DNA of 36,696 nucleotides from Thermoplasmatota archaeon (GCA_041623215.1 JBFJXH010000004.1:1-36696); one strand, 5' to 3'; shown: positions 18,044 to 26,580, counted from the first letter of the stretch. Numbers and translations: made by a program. Notes: generated from the letters alone by a model not told the origin.

Positions 18044-19612
18044 GTGTTGGGCCTGCCGACGTGGCTTTGGTGGACGTTCATCGCGGGACTTGTGTGGCTG
18101 GGCTACGAAATGCTTCGTTACGGCGTGACCAAGGGCGTGCGGCGGCGCTACGAAGCCGCCGTTGACCGGTTCCTGCGCGCCAACAAGATTCCCACGGATT
18201 CGTTTCGGCACACCCATCGCGTGGTGGTCCGCGAGATGGTGCTGTCGGACGCCACCTTGGTGGCTGACATGGCCCAGCGTGCCAAAGCCGAGGGCACGGA
18301 CGTGGCCACGGTCCAAGACCGCGTGCGCCGATGGCTAGACGAAATCGTGCCCCAGTTCAACCTGCTAGCTTACTACCAAGTGGGCTACCGCTTGGGGCGC
18401 ATCTTGGCGTATTCGACGTACAACGTCCATCTCGATCGCGCTAGCCTGGAACGCGCGCAGGCAGCCATTCCGGAGAACGCGTCCGTGGTGTACGTGTCCA
18501 ACCACCGCAGCAACGCCGACTTTGTGGTGACCGGCTTCATGCTGAGCCGCAGCGTCCAGGTCAGCTATGCCGTTGGCGAATGGGCCCGCGTCTGGCCGCT
18601 GGAGGGCATCTTTCGGTCATTTGGTTCTTACTTCGTTCGACGGGGCGAAAAAGATCCCCTGTACCACCGGACCCTGGAAACCTACCTGCAACTCATCACC
18701 AAGCAAGGAGTCACGCAGGCCATGTTCCCCGAAGGGGGCTTGAGCCGCGACGGCAAGCTGCGGCCCGTCAAGCTGGGGCTGCTCGATTACATGGCGCGCG
18801 CCAAGCTCGATCCTGAATTCAACCGCCCCCTCGTGTTTGTCCCCGTCGGCATCAACTTTGACCGCGTGTTCGAAGATGAGAACCTTGTCGCCGAAGCCAA
18901 AGCGGGCGGCCTCGGGGCCATCGGGCGGCCGCGGCGCACTCTTGGGCAAAAGGTGGTTCGCCTCGGTGCGCTTGCTGGCAAGGTTGTGATTTTTGGCCCG
19001 GTAAACTTGGGCCGCTTCGCCACCAAACGCCTCAAGAAGCACGGCGTGGCCGCCATTCACTTTGGCGAACCCATTGTGTTCGATGATTGGTTGGCCAAGC
19101 AGCGCCGAAGTCGACGCAATCCCATTGACGTTGACGACCGTCACAAGCGGCACCACAGGCTTCTGCCCTTTGGCGAGTCGCTCATGCAAGCCATTGCCAA
19201 GAACATCCCGGCAACGCCCGTGACCCTGCTTAGTGCTGCGCTGGCGCAACTCGACCGCAAGTTTGCCAGCATTGATGGCCCGGGAGTGGACCGAGGGACC
19301 ATCCTCATGGCATTACGCAGTACGATTGAAGCGGCGCATGCAGCCGGCCGGCCCTTCGCCATCAATCCATACCGACACTCAGGCAGCGAGGCGGGCCGGT
19401 GGGCGCGAAGCGAACGACGGCAGGAACTGGCTGGCTTAGCGGCCGATGTGGCCGGTACCGACGACCTCGAACACTTGCTGACCCTCGCTATGGACGTTGC
19501 CGACGAACGACTGGTGAGTGTGGACGGCGACCCGCGTGAGGCGGGCTCCATGTGGCATGTCCTGCGTTGGGACCTGGTGGATTACTACGCTGCCAGCCTA
19601 CAGGCGCCTTGA
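18044..19612 (+). CDS. Glycerolipid acyltransferase, PlsB/GPAT-DHAPAT-like
   Basis: Blocks I-IV present: SNHRSNAD (HxxxxD), GSYFVRR, FPEGGLSRDGKL and FVPVGINFDRV. N-terminal TM segment. Confidence 0.9.
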   Translation: MLGLPTWLWWTFIAGLVWLGYEMLRYGVTKGVRRRYEAAVDRFLRANKIPTDSFRHTHRVVVREMVLSDATLVADMAQRAKAEGTDVATVQDRVRRWLDEIVPQFNLLAYYQVGYRLGRILAYSTYNVHLDRASLERAQAAIPENASVVYVSNHRSNADFVVTGFMLSRSVQVSYAVGEWARVWPLEGIFRSFGSYFVRRGEKDPLYHRTLETYLQLITKQGVTQAMFPEGGLSRDGKLRPVKLGLLDYMARAKLDPEFNRPLVFVPVGINFDRVFEDENLVAEAKAGGLGAIGRPRRTLGQKVVRLGALAGKVVIFGPVNLGRFATKRLKKHGVAAIHFGEPIVFDDWLAKQRRSRRNPIDVDDRHKRHHRLLPFGESLMQAIAKNIPATPVTLLSAALAQLDRKFASIDGPGVDRGTILMALRSTIEAAHAAGRPFAINPYRHSGSEAGRWARSERRQELAGLAADVAGTDDLEHLLTLAMDVADERLVSVDGDPREAGSMWHVLRWDLVDYYAASLQAP

Positions 19613-19695
19613 CGGCCAATCATGCACCGAGTGCCATCCCATGACACCGGGCCAGACACGGCAGCCAGCACGGCCGGATGGACCACGCCGCTGAC

Positions 19696-20442
19696 TCACT
19701 CGGCACGCGCGCGGCGCCGTTGGAACACGGCACCCAGGACCAGGGTGAGGATTAGCAAAAGCACGGCCGGTCCGGGCGTGTCACGGCTCCACGCCTCCTC
19801 GGCGCGAAGTGCCGCTTCATCCAGGTTTGCCAAAAGATAGAGCGCGGTCCAAGCCGCCCCCATGGAAAGCGCCAGCCCAATGGACAAGGTCGAAGCTGGA
19901 CCTGCCCGTCGACCCGACAGGGTGGCGGCCAGCACCCCCATGGTGATGAAGAACAGCAGCAGGGTCATGGTCACGGGCCCGGCACCACTGGCATCGGGCC
20001 CATAATCATCCAGCATGGAGATGAACCACAGGGCCAGCACGCCGCTTGCCGCCGTGCCGATTGGCAAGGCAATCCATCGGCTGGGCAGGAACAGCGCCCC
20101 AATCGGCGCTGCCAGGCCGAAGGTCAGGGCCACCAAATAGGATGTACGAGCCATGCCCTTGTCGGGGTTCAAGTCATCAATGGCAGCATGCCCTGCAAGC
20201 AGCATCATGATGGCCAGCAGGGGCGCAACGAAGGCGATGATGTGACTGGTTGCCACGCCAGGGATACGTTCCTGGGCAACCCCCTGTTGTTGCTGCTGTT
20301 GCACAACAATGACGGTTCGCCCGTCGCCGTCCACGTCAATCACATGTTCGGTTGGCTGGGCGCCGCCGTGGCCCGCCCCGGCCGGGTGCGCGCGTGTGAC
20401 CGGCTGACCAGCTGTCCGCCTTGGTCCACCTTGAGGGCTCAC
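19696..20442 (-). CDS. Hypothetical multi-pass membrane protein with a disordered N-terminus and a Q6 run
   Basis: About six hydrophobic segments ending in FQRRRARAE. GTTAAG box about 25 nt upstream of GTG 20442. Confidence 0.7.
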   Translation of the reverse strand: MSPQGGPRRTAGQPVTRAHPAGAGHGGAQPTEHVIDVDGDGRTVIVVQQQQQQGVAQERIPGVATSHIIAFVAPLLAIMMLLAGHAAIDDLNPDKGMARTSYLVALTFGLAAPIGALFLPSRWIALPIGTAASGVLALWFISMLDDYGPDASGAGPVTMTLLLFFITMGVLAATLSGRRAGPASTLSIGLALSMGAAWTALYLLANLDEAALRAEEAWSRDTPGPAVLLLILTLVLGAVFQRRRARAE

Positions 20443-20591
20443 GGGTAGCCATGGAGCAAGGCCGAACTTAACCGGCGCGCTGGAAAACCCGGCGTACGAC
20501 GATGCTGGGCGAGCCCTGCCTTCGGCGCGATGTCAAAACCTTGCCTGGCAGACCTCGGGGGCATCGCACCGCCCCTGGCCACGCCAGCCCG

Positions 20592-21281
20592 TCACGAGAA
20601 ATACTGGGCCAGAATTTTCCGCTCGGCCCCTTTGATGCGGTTATGGGCTGCCGCCTTGCTGATGCCAAACACATTGGCCAGCGTCTCTAGCGTGCAACGT
20701 CGGGGGTTGTCATAGTAGCCGAGCGCCAGTCCCATTTTGACGACCTCAACTTGTTTGGGAGTCAGCTTCTCCTCGTAGTCTCCTATGGGGTGGTCCTCGG
20801 GCCGATGCTCGCCCCAGCGGATGAGCTTCATGTTCATGTCGGCTTTCTTGAACGAATCACTAGCGGTTCGAATGACATCGCCGATGTCAATGCTGGCGGC
20901 GGTGATGATTCCGACCGTCATCCATCCGTCCTTGATGACAATGGGGCGCAAGATGCGGTCGGGCCCGAGTGCCCGTAGCGCCGCCGTGAACGGCGACTTG
21001 AGGAACTTCATGCTGCGGGGGTTGGCCTCCACGAGGATGCTGGTAACTTCCGGGTCTTGCCTCAGGACCACGACGTCGTTGTAGAGGCCTCGCAACGTGT
21101 CAACGAGCGGAGCCGCCCGGTCCTGCGGTGCCAGGACCGTGAAGATGTTCCGGGTGGGGAAGTGATCGTCATCGAATCTGACGTGGTTCATGATGACCCG
21201 ACTCCCGGCCAATTGCTGCGTGAAGGCGGCCACCGGCCACTGGGGCACCTCAACCTGGAAGATGATCTCTGTCATGCCCAT
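20592..21281 (-). CDS. Bat-type (HTH_10) archaeal transcriptional regulator
   Basis: C-terminal LTPKQVEVVKMGLALGYYDNPRRCTLETLANVFGISKAAAHNRIKGAERKI. Confidence 0.92.
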   Translation of the reverse strand: MGMTEIIFQVEVPQWPVAAFTQQLAGSRVIMNHVRFDDDHFPTRNIFTVLAPQDRAAPLVDTLRGLYNDVVVLRQDPEVTSILVEANPRSMKFLKSPFTAALRALGPDRILRPIVIKDGWMTVGIITAASIDIGDVIRTASDSFKKADMNMKLIRWGEHRPEDHPIGDYEEKLTPKQVEVVKMGLALGYYDNPRRCTLETLANVFGISKAAAHNRIKGAERKILAQYFS

Positions 21282-21472
21282 ACGCGTATCAGTTGACCCT
21301 GAACATGTTCGAGTTCTTAGCCCTCATGGTAGCAGGCGCGCCTTAGCCCACCCACGTGGACCAAGGCCCCCCGCCGCCGAACGCCGCCGCACCCGGCAAT
21401 CGCGTCCGGCGTTCGTTCGTCACCCCTCGCGGCGAGCACCGCCTTCTTGAAGCACCTCGGCCTCGCCGCCAC

Positions 21473-21817
21473 ATGGACGGACCCTCCCCCGAACTGCAAG
21501 CCAAGATTCAGCACCTGCAAGCCCTCAGCCAGCAGCTGCAAAGCATCGGCCAGCAACGCGCGCAGTTTGAAGCCATGAAGGCCGAGGCGGAACAAGCGCT
21601 GGAAGCACTGGGCGAAGTGGCTGACGACGCGCAGGTATTCCGAAGCGTCGGCGGCCTGCTACTGCAAGATGACAAGGCCGCCGCAACCACGCGCCTTGGC
21701 GACGACGTAGAAACCATGGAAGTACGCGTCAAGCGCCTTCGCGGCCAAGAAGAGGAAGTCACCAAGACGTTGCAATCGCTGCAAGACGAGCTGCAGCAGG
21801 CTCTCGGCCCAGCCTGA
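21473..21817 (+). CDS. pfdB: Prefoldin beta subunit
   Basis: Coiled coil - VFRSVGGLLLQ hairpin - coiled coil, 114 aa from ATG 21473. Confidence 0.9.
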   Translation: MDGPSPELQAKIQHLQALSQQLQSIGQQRAQFEAMKAEAEQALEALGEVADDAQVFRSVGGLLLQDDKAAATTRLGDDVETMEVRVKRLRGQEEEVTKTLQSLQDELQQALGPA

Positions 21818-22680
21818 TGACGGCGACGGCAGCGAATTCCAGCACCACCATCATGCCGGGTGACCGCGTGGTGGCGCTGGACCCCGAGGACGGGCGACGG
21901 TACCTGCTGCACCTAGACGGCGCCGGCGCGCGTAAAGTCCCCGGCCTCGGCGTCTTAGACCCAGGTCGCTTTGAACATGAGCCCTGGGGCAGCCGCCACA
22001 CGGTGGGCCAAAAGGAAGTGGTCCTCCTGTCCGCAACGCTCCCCGACCTGGCCGCCACGCTCCGCCGCAAGGCGCAGATCATCACGCCCAAGGACGCAAG
22101 CCGCTTGGTTTGGGAGCTCGGCTTGGGTCCAGGCGACCGTGTCCTCGAGTCGGGCATTGGCAGTGGCGCCATGACACTAACGCTGGCGCATGCCGTCCAA
22201 GATGAGGGGCATGTTTTCGTGCAGGAATTGCGCGAGGATTTTGCCGACTGGGCCACCGCCAACTTGCACGCCGCGGGCATGTCGCACCGGGTGACCGTAT
22301 GCTTGGGCGACCTGACGGAGAAGCCAGCCGCTGACATCGCGGCAGCCGCCGACCCTGCAACGGGAGGTCGGCCATTTGACGCCGTTTTGTTGGACCAACC
22401 GGAACCCTGGGCTGCGCTACCCAATGTCCTTCCCATGCTGATTCCCGGCGCGCGCATTGCTTGCTACGTGCCCCAAGTGTCGCAGATGGAGAAAACGGCC
22501 GTCACCTTGGCCAACGCCGGGTGCTTGGACGTGCGATGCATGGAACTCATTCAACGGGAGTGGAAAGTGGGCGAACGAGGCAGCCGCCCGGCCAACGGCG
22601 ACCTCGGCTTCACGGCCTTTCTAGTGTTTGCCCGCACGGGCGGCAACGCAACCGCGACGGGCAGAGGGGGCTCCGGTTGA
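21817..22680 (+). CDS. trmI: tRNA (adenine57/58-N1)-methyltransferase TrmI (GCD14 family)
   Basis: RRKAQIITPKD, VLESGIGSGAMT, ELREDFA, DAVLLDQPEPW, YVPQVSQ. TGATG overlap with pfdB. Confidence 0.93.
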   Translation: MTATAANSSTTIMPGDRVVALDPEDGRRYLLHLDGAGARKVPGLGVLDPGRFEHEPWGSRHTVGQKEVVLLSATLPDLAATLRRKAQIITPKDASRLVWELGLGPGDRVLESGIGSGAMTLTLAHAVQDEGHVFVQELREDFADWATANLHAAGMSHRVTVCLGDLTEKPAADIAAAADPATGGRPFDAVLLDQPEPWAALPNVLPMLIPGARIACYVPQVSQMEKTAVTLANAGCLDVRCMELIQREWKVGERGSRPANGDLGFTAFLVFARTGGNATATGRGGSG

Positions 22681-22946
22681 CGGCTGCGACCCCGGAAGGC
22701 GAACGGTTCGGCGAGGACGCCGACTTGGGGGACCTCCTTCGTGAGATGAAACGCCAAGGCGCGGACCTCGTGCAAGACGTGGGCGACGTGGCGCGTGAGT
22801 GGTTTGACAAGGCGGAGTATGAAGTGGACAAGGTGCTGGCTCGCCAGCTCGCTAAGCACCCCGATTTGTATGCCGACCTGAAGCGCATGGCCAAGAAAGC
22901 CAAGCGGTCGTGGGAGCGATTCGAACGGGATCTGCGCCGTTCGTAG
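22677..22946 (+). CDS. Small amphipathic alpha-helical hypothetical protein
   Basis: TTG start overlapping the trmI stop (TTGA); 89 aa of protein-like helical sequence. Confidence 0.6.
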   Translation: MTAATPEGERFGEDADLGDLLREMKRQGADLVQDVGDVAREWFDKAEYEVDKVLARQLAKHPDLYADLKRMAKKAKRSWERFERDLRRS

Positions 22947-22980
22947 GCTGGAGCCCATCTCCCTTCGTCAGCAACCGACG

Positions 22981-23217
22981 CTATTGCTTCGCGTCAGCGT
23001 CGTCCGCGCGGCCGACGGAGGCGCGCATGGCCTGGGCGCGACTCTTGAGGTAAAACGCTACTTGAACGAGGCCAAAGGCCAGCAGGGGCGCCAACAACAT
23101 GGCTAGGCCAAGCCAACGCCGACCGGGGGACGCACTGGTAATGAGGGCCGCCGCCACGAATACAAACGCTAGCAGCAGCCCCCAAATGATGCCGTAGCGA
23201 AGGCGATGTTCAGCCAC
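22981..23217 (-). CDS. Small two-TM membrane protein
   Basis: Two hydrophobic helices; lies directly downstream of the TRASH regulator on the same strand. Confidence 0.6.
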   Translation of the reverse strand: MAEHRLRYGIIWGLLLAFVFVAAALITSASPGRRWLGLAMLLAPLLAFGLVQVAFYLKSRAQAMRASVGRADDADAKQ

Positions 23218-23240
23218 GCGCGGTCCAGTCGGGGCCGATT

Positions 23241-23612
23241 CTAAGTCCTTGGGCCGGCAGATGCCGCGGCGTCAAGGAGCTCTTCGTGACGAGCCACAAA
23301 GGCCGCCTTGCAGGTCGAGCAGCAAAAGGGATGGTGCCGACCGTCGCCACGCCACCACTCGGGATCCCCGGTTCGTCGGCCACAATGGTGACAAGAAACG
23401 TCCAGCGTCGCGGGTAGCGCTTCACCGACAGCGACCAGGCCATCGTCCAAGATGACTGTATAGCCACGGATGACGCCCGCATCCTCCATCCGCCGCACGC
23501 GCGCGGCAGCGGTCGGTGTGGTGGTTTGGGTTGCTCGCGCCAGGGCCCGGAAGCTTAAGCGGGCATCCGCCCGCAGCGCCTGGAGAATCGCACGATCTAA
23601 CGCATCCATCAT
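23241..23612 (-). CDS. Lrp/AsnC-type HTH plus TRASH metal-binding domain regulator (CopT-like)
   Basis: MDALDRAILQALRADARLSFRALA...RVRRMEDAGVIRGYTVILD, followed by CHHCG...FCCSTC. Confidence 0.88.
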   Translation of the reverse strand: MMDALDRAILQALRADARLSFRALARATQTTTPTAAARVRRMEDAGVIRGYTVILDDGLVAVGEALPATLDVSCHHCGRRTGDPEWWRGDGRHHPFCCSTCKAAFVARHEELLDAAASAGPRT

Positions 23613-23665
23613 ACTTGCCAATTGGAAAGCGAAGCAGAAAAGGATGTGGGCCGCGTACACGCTTT

Positions 23666-23905
23666 ATGGGCTTGCTGAAGCGCCTGGAGACAGTCGAACT
23701 CATGGTTGACGGCATGACCTGCGGTGGATGCGCAGGACGGGTGGAAAAGGCCCTCTTGGAGGTACCCGGAGTGAAGCAGGCCGCGGTGGACCTGGACGCC
23801 CGTCGTGCCGTGGTCAACCACAAGGGGGCCGACATCCCACGCTTGCTTGCAGCTGTGCAGCAGGCCGGGTACGAAGCCCAACTGCAAGGCAATCCAGCTG
23901 CCTAG
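23666..23905 (+). CDS. Heavy-metal-associated (HMA) metallochaperone, CopZ-like
   Basis: VDGMTCGGC..VEKAL..VPGV...AVQQAGY. Confidence 0.93.
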   Translation: MGLLKRLETVELMVDGMTCGGCAGRVEKALLEVPGVKQAAVDLDARRAVVNHKGADIPRLLAAVQQAGYEAQLQGNPAA

Positions 23906-23979
23906 CACGGGCCGCCTCTCGATGCCGCAGCCAGTCGGCCGGACGGCGTCCTTTTCAAAGACCGCTAGGTCGCGCGCGC

Positions 23980-25365
23980 ATGGCACTTCGGACCTTGGGC
24001 TGCGGCGATGTTACGCCCGACCACTACGGCACCGAGCAAACCTTTGCGGGCTGGATTCACAACCTCCGCGCCAAGGGGAACATCGCGTTCTTGGACCTGC
24101 GGGACCGAACGGGCAACGTGCAGTTTGTCCTGCTCAAAAAGAAACTGGCCGAGGACGCGCCGGGCCTGTTCGAGGAACTGACCAGCCTGTCGGATGAGTC
24201 CTGCGTGTCCATTACGGGCATGGTGCAGGCATCGGAGAAGGCCAAGGCCGGATTCGAGGTATTGCCAACGGCGGCCGAGGTTCTCAACCGAGCCGCAACG
24301 CCCCTTCCCATGGCACTCTGGGATGACGCGGTTGAAACGGGGCTTGACACCCGACTTGACAATCGGTTCCTGGATGTTCGAACGCCTCGGACGGCGGCCA
24401 TTTTCCAAATTCGCTCCGAGGTGCTGCGGGCGGGTCGCGAATACTTCCACGGCGAAGGATTCCAAGAAATTACCACCAGCAATATCATCGCAGCCAGCAG
24501 CGAAGGCGGCACCGACACCTACACCGTTGACTGGTTCGGACGCGACTGCTTCCTCAGCCAATCGCCTCAACTCTACAAGCAAATGATGATGGCCAGCGGC
24601 GTGGACCGCGTGTACGAGATTGCGCGTTACTTCCGGGCCGAAAAACACGCCACGACTCGGCATCTCAACGAGTCCACGGCGTTCGACCTAGAGCTTGCGT
24701 GGATTGAGTCCGACGAAGACGTGATGGCGGTGATTGAAGGCCTATTGCACCACATTTGGAAAAGCGTGGTCGACAACTGCGGCGACGCCCTGGCGATTAT
24801 TGGCGCCGACGTACCTGTGCCTTCCCTGCCCTTCCGCCGCGTCAGCTACGAGGACGCCTTGGTTGTCATCAATGGCGCCGAGGGCGCGGCCGAACGGCTG
24901 ACCAAGGCGACCGGCAAAGCTAGCCTCGAATTTGGTGACGACATCGGCACCGAAGCTGAGAAGATTCTCGGCGAGACGATGAGGGCTCAGGGCCACGACT
25001 TCTACTTCATCACAAAGTGGCCATTGGCCCCCAAGCCCTTCTACGTAATGCCGGAGCCAAACGCCGACGGGTCGGTCACGCAAGACGCCCGCCTGTGTCG
25101 TGGCTTCGATCTAGACTACCGCGGTGTTGAGCTCATTAGCGGCGCCCAACGCATCCACGACCCCGAGCTCTTGGAGGCCGGCATCAAGCGCTGGGGCCTC
25201 GACCCCGCTGACTTCGGCGACTACCTCGATGCTTTCCGCTACGGGATGCCACCCCATGGTGGCTGCGGGATTGGGATTGAGCGCATCCTGATGCAAATGC
25301 TGGGCCTCAGCAATATCCGTGAGGCAATCCTGTTCCCAAGGGACATGACGCGCGTGACACCTTAG
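23980..25365 (+). CDS. aspS: Aspartate--tRNA ligase, archaeal type
   Basis: OB domain (AGWIH..FLDLRDRTG), LDTRLDNRFLD, LSQSPQLYKQ, FRAEKH.TTRHLNE, SGAQRIHD, GMPPHGG.GIGIER, LFPRD. Start ATG 23980. Confidence 0.95.
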   Translation: MALRTLGCGDVTPDHYGTEQTFAGWIHNLRAKGNIAFLDLRDRTGNVQFVLLKKKLAEDAPGLFEELTSLSDESCVSITGMVQASEKAKAGFEVLPTAAEVLNRAATPLPMALWDDAVETGLDTRLDNRFLDVRTPRTAAIFQIRSEVLRAGREYFHGEGFQEITTSNIIAASSEGGTDTYTVDWFGRDCFLSQSPQLYKQMMMASGVDRVYEIARYFRAEKHATTRHLNESTAFDLELAWIESDEDVMAVIEGLLHHIWKSVVDNCGDALAIIGADVPVPSLPFRRVSYEDALVVINGAEGAAERLTKATGKASLEFGDDIGTEAEKILGETMRAQGHDFYFITKWPLAPKPFYVMPEPNADGSVTQDARLCRGFDLDYRGVELISGAQRIHDPELLEAGIKRWGLDPADFGDYLDAFRYGMPPHGGCGIGIERILMQMLGLSNIREAILFPRDMTRVTP

Positions 25366-25444
25366 CGCACCACAGCAAAACATTGGAGGAAGGGGAGAAG
25401 GAGAGGACAACCCGGAGTGGATCGTCCACGCAGCTAGGCCGCCC

Positions 25445-26077
25445 CTATTTGTTCTTGAGAACGGGCAGCCCGTTGGGAGTGCGAACCACCTGCTTGCCCT
25501 TGGGCATGACGTAGACAGCGTTGCCCGTCACGTCCTTCTGGGCCTTCTTGCTGAAGAAGAAGCGGTTGCCGTTCTGGTAAAGCTTGTAGCCATACTTGGT
25601 AATCTGGGCTCGGCGTGCCTTGGGCTTGGTGTCCTTGGCCGCGTTGACGGTCGGCTTGGTATCATTGGCCTGAACGGCGGCCTTCTTCGCGGGCGGCTGG
25701 TAACCCTTGTGCAGGCCACAGTAGTCGCTGCGCGCGCGCGCTTGGCGGCTGCATTGGGCGCCGGCGGCCGTGATGGCACCGCATTGCTTGCCGTTCGTGG
25801 CTGCCTTGGCAGCGGTCCGCTTGGGTGCCGCTGTGGCTGCGCCGGCTGCAACCTTCTTGGTGCCTGCTGCTGCGGCCCGCTGGTGGATGCCACAAAGATT
25901 GCTGTTGTCGCCCGCACTGCGGCTGCAGCGGGCGCCGCTGGCCGTCATCGCACTGCACTTGGCCGCCGCGGCGGCGACGGGCGGTGCGACGGGCTTGGCC
26001 CCGGTTGCGGAGGCCTTGGCCGGCTTTGGCTTGGCAGGTGTCGTCTTCTTGCGTCGGAACCAGTCAAGGAGGCCCAT
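25445..26077 (-). CDS. Basic Lys/Ala-rich protein with two C-x9-C-x10-C-x2-H fingers (DUF5763/WRC-like spacing)
   Basis: MGLLDWFRRKK start at 26077; fingers at 25883-25957 and 25709-25783; compact basic C-terminal domain. Confidence 0.8.
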   Translation of the reverse strand: MGLLDWFRRKKTTPAKPKPAKASATGAKPVAPPVAAAAAKCSAMTASGARCSRSAGDNSNLCGIHQRAAAAGTKKVAAGAATAAPKRTAAKAATNGKQCGAITAAGAQCSRQARARSDYCGLHKGYQPPAKKAAVQANDTKPTVNAAKDTKPKARRAQITKYGYKLYQNGNRFFFSKKAQKDVTGNAVYVMPKGKQVVRTPNGLPVLKNK

Positions 26078-26138
26078 GACGGCGCATCCCAAGTCCTGGG
26101 TCTAAGCCCTTGCCATCAGGTTAGGCGTGCAAGATGGC

Positions 26139-26234
26139 CTAATCTAGTAGGTCGGCAGCTGTGAACTGCACGTGGAAGCCAGCCAGCGGATGGCAGCGGC
26201 CAAGGAGGCGGAGAGTCAGATTTTGAAGCGTCAT
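26139..26234 (-). CDS. Putative 31-aa micro-protein
   Basis: MTLQNLTLRLLGRCHPLAGFHVQFTAADLLD. Its ATG follows GAGGTG, which overlaps the stop codon of the upstream small ORF. Confidence 0.45.
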   Translation of the reverse strand: MTLQNLTLRLLGRCHPLAGFHVQFTAADLLD

Positions 26235-26242
26235 GTCACACC

Positions 26243-26413
26243 TCAGGACAGGGCGGCCATCCAGCCAAGGGCGGCCAGCAACCCAGTCGCAACGAGGGCG
26301 ACGAGGGGGACGGTGCGGGGCGGGACATCGTGGCCGGGGCGCGGCTGGACCAACAGGACCAGCAGGACCAAGGCGGAGAGCGCGGTTATGCCGATGATGA
26401 AGCTTGTAAACAT
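26243..26413 (-). CDS. Putative 56-aa two-TM micro-protein
   Basis: Not in the ORF track: MFTSFIIGITALSALVLLVLLVQPRPGHDVPPRTVPLVALVATGLLAALGWMAALS. Confidence 0.6.
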   Translation of the reverse strand: MFTSFIIGITALSALVLLVLLVQPRPGHDVPPRTVPLVALVATGLLAALGWMAALS

Positions 26414-26430
26414 TGGAATCAATCCAGGGT

Positions 26431-26558
26431 GGGCGGCCCAGCCGGTGGCCCTTGCGGGCCGGTAGGTGGTCGGTGGTGGTCGATGCGCTTGCGCGCCTCA
26501 AACGGCCAGGCCGCCCGGTTGTGGTTGAAAGTGCGTCGGTGTGTCCGTCACACTTCAA
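26431..26558 (-). ncRNA. Putative structured leader RNA (5' hairpin plus three-way junction with two GCAA tetraloops)
   Basis: Stems paired by hand. The G-U pairs and GNRA loops exist only on the minus strand. The element begins about 23 nt downstream of a TATA box. Confidence 0.5.
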
Positions 26559-26580
26559 TGGTGAATTGCGTTGCCGAGCC

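Noticed and set aside
20284..20301. Q6 tract as a phase-variable repeat
   Set aside because: The codons are mixed CAA/CAG, short and in frame, so this is not a slippage tract.
25385..25408. Purine-rich tract between aspS and the zinc-finger gene
   Set aside because: It reads as a pyrimidine tract on the minus strand and is probably an ordinary terminator region; too weak to call.
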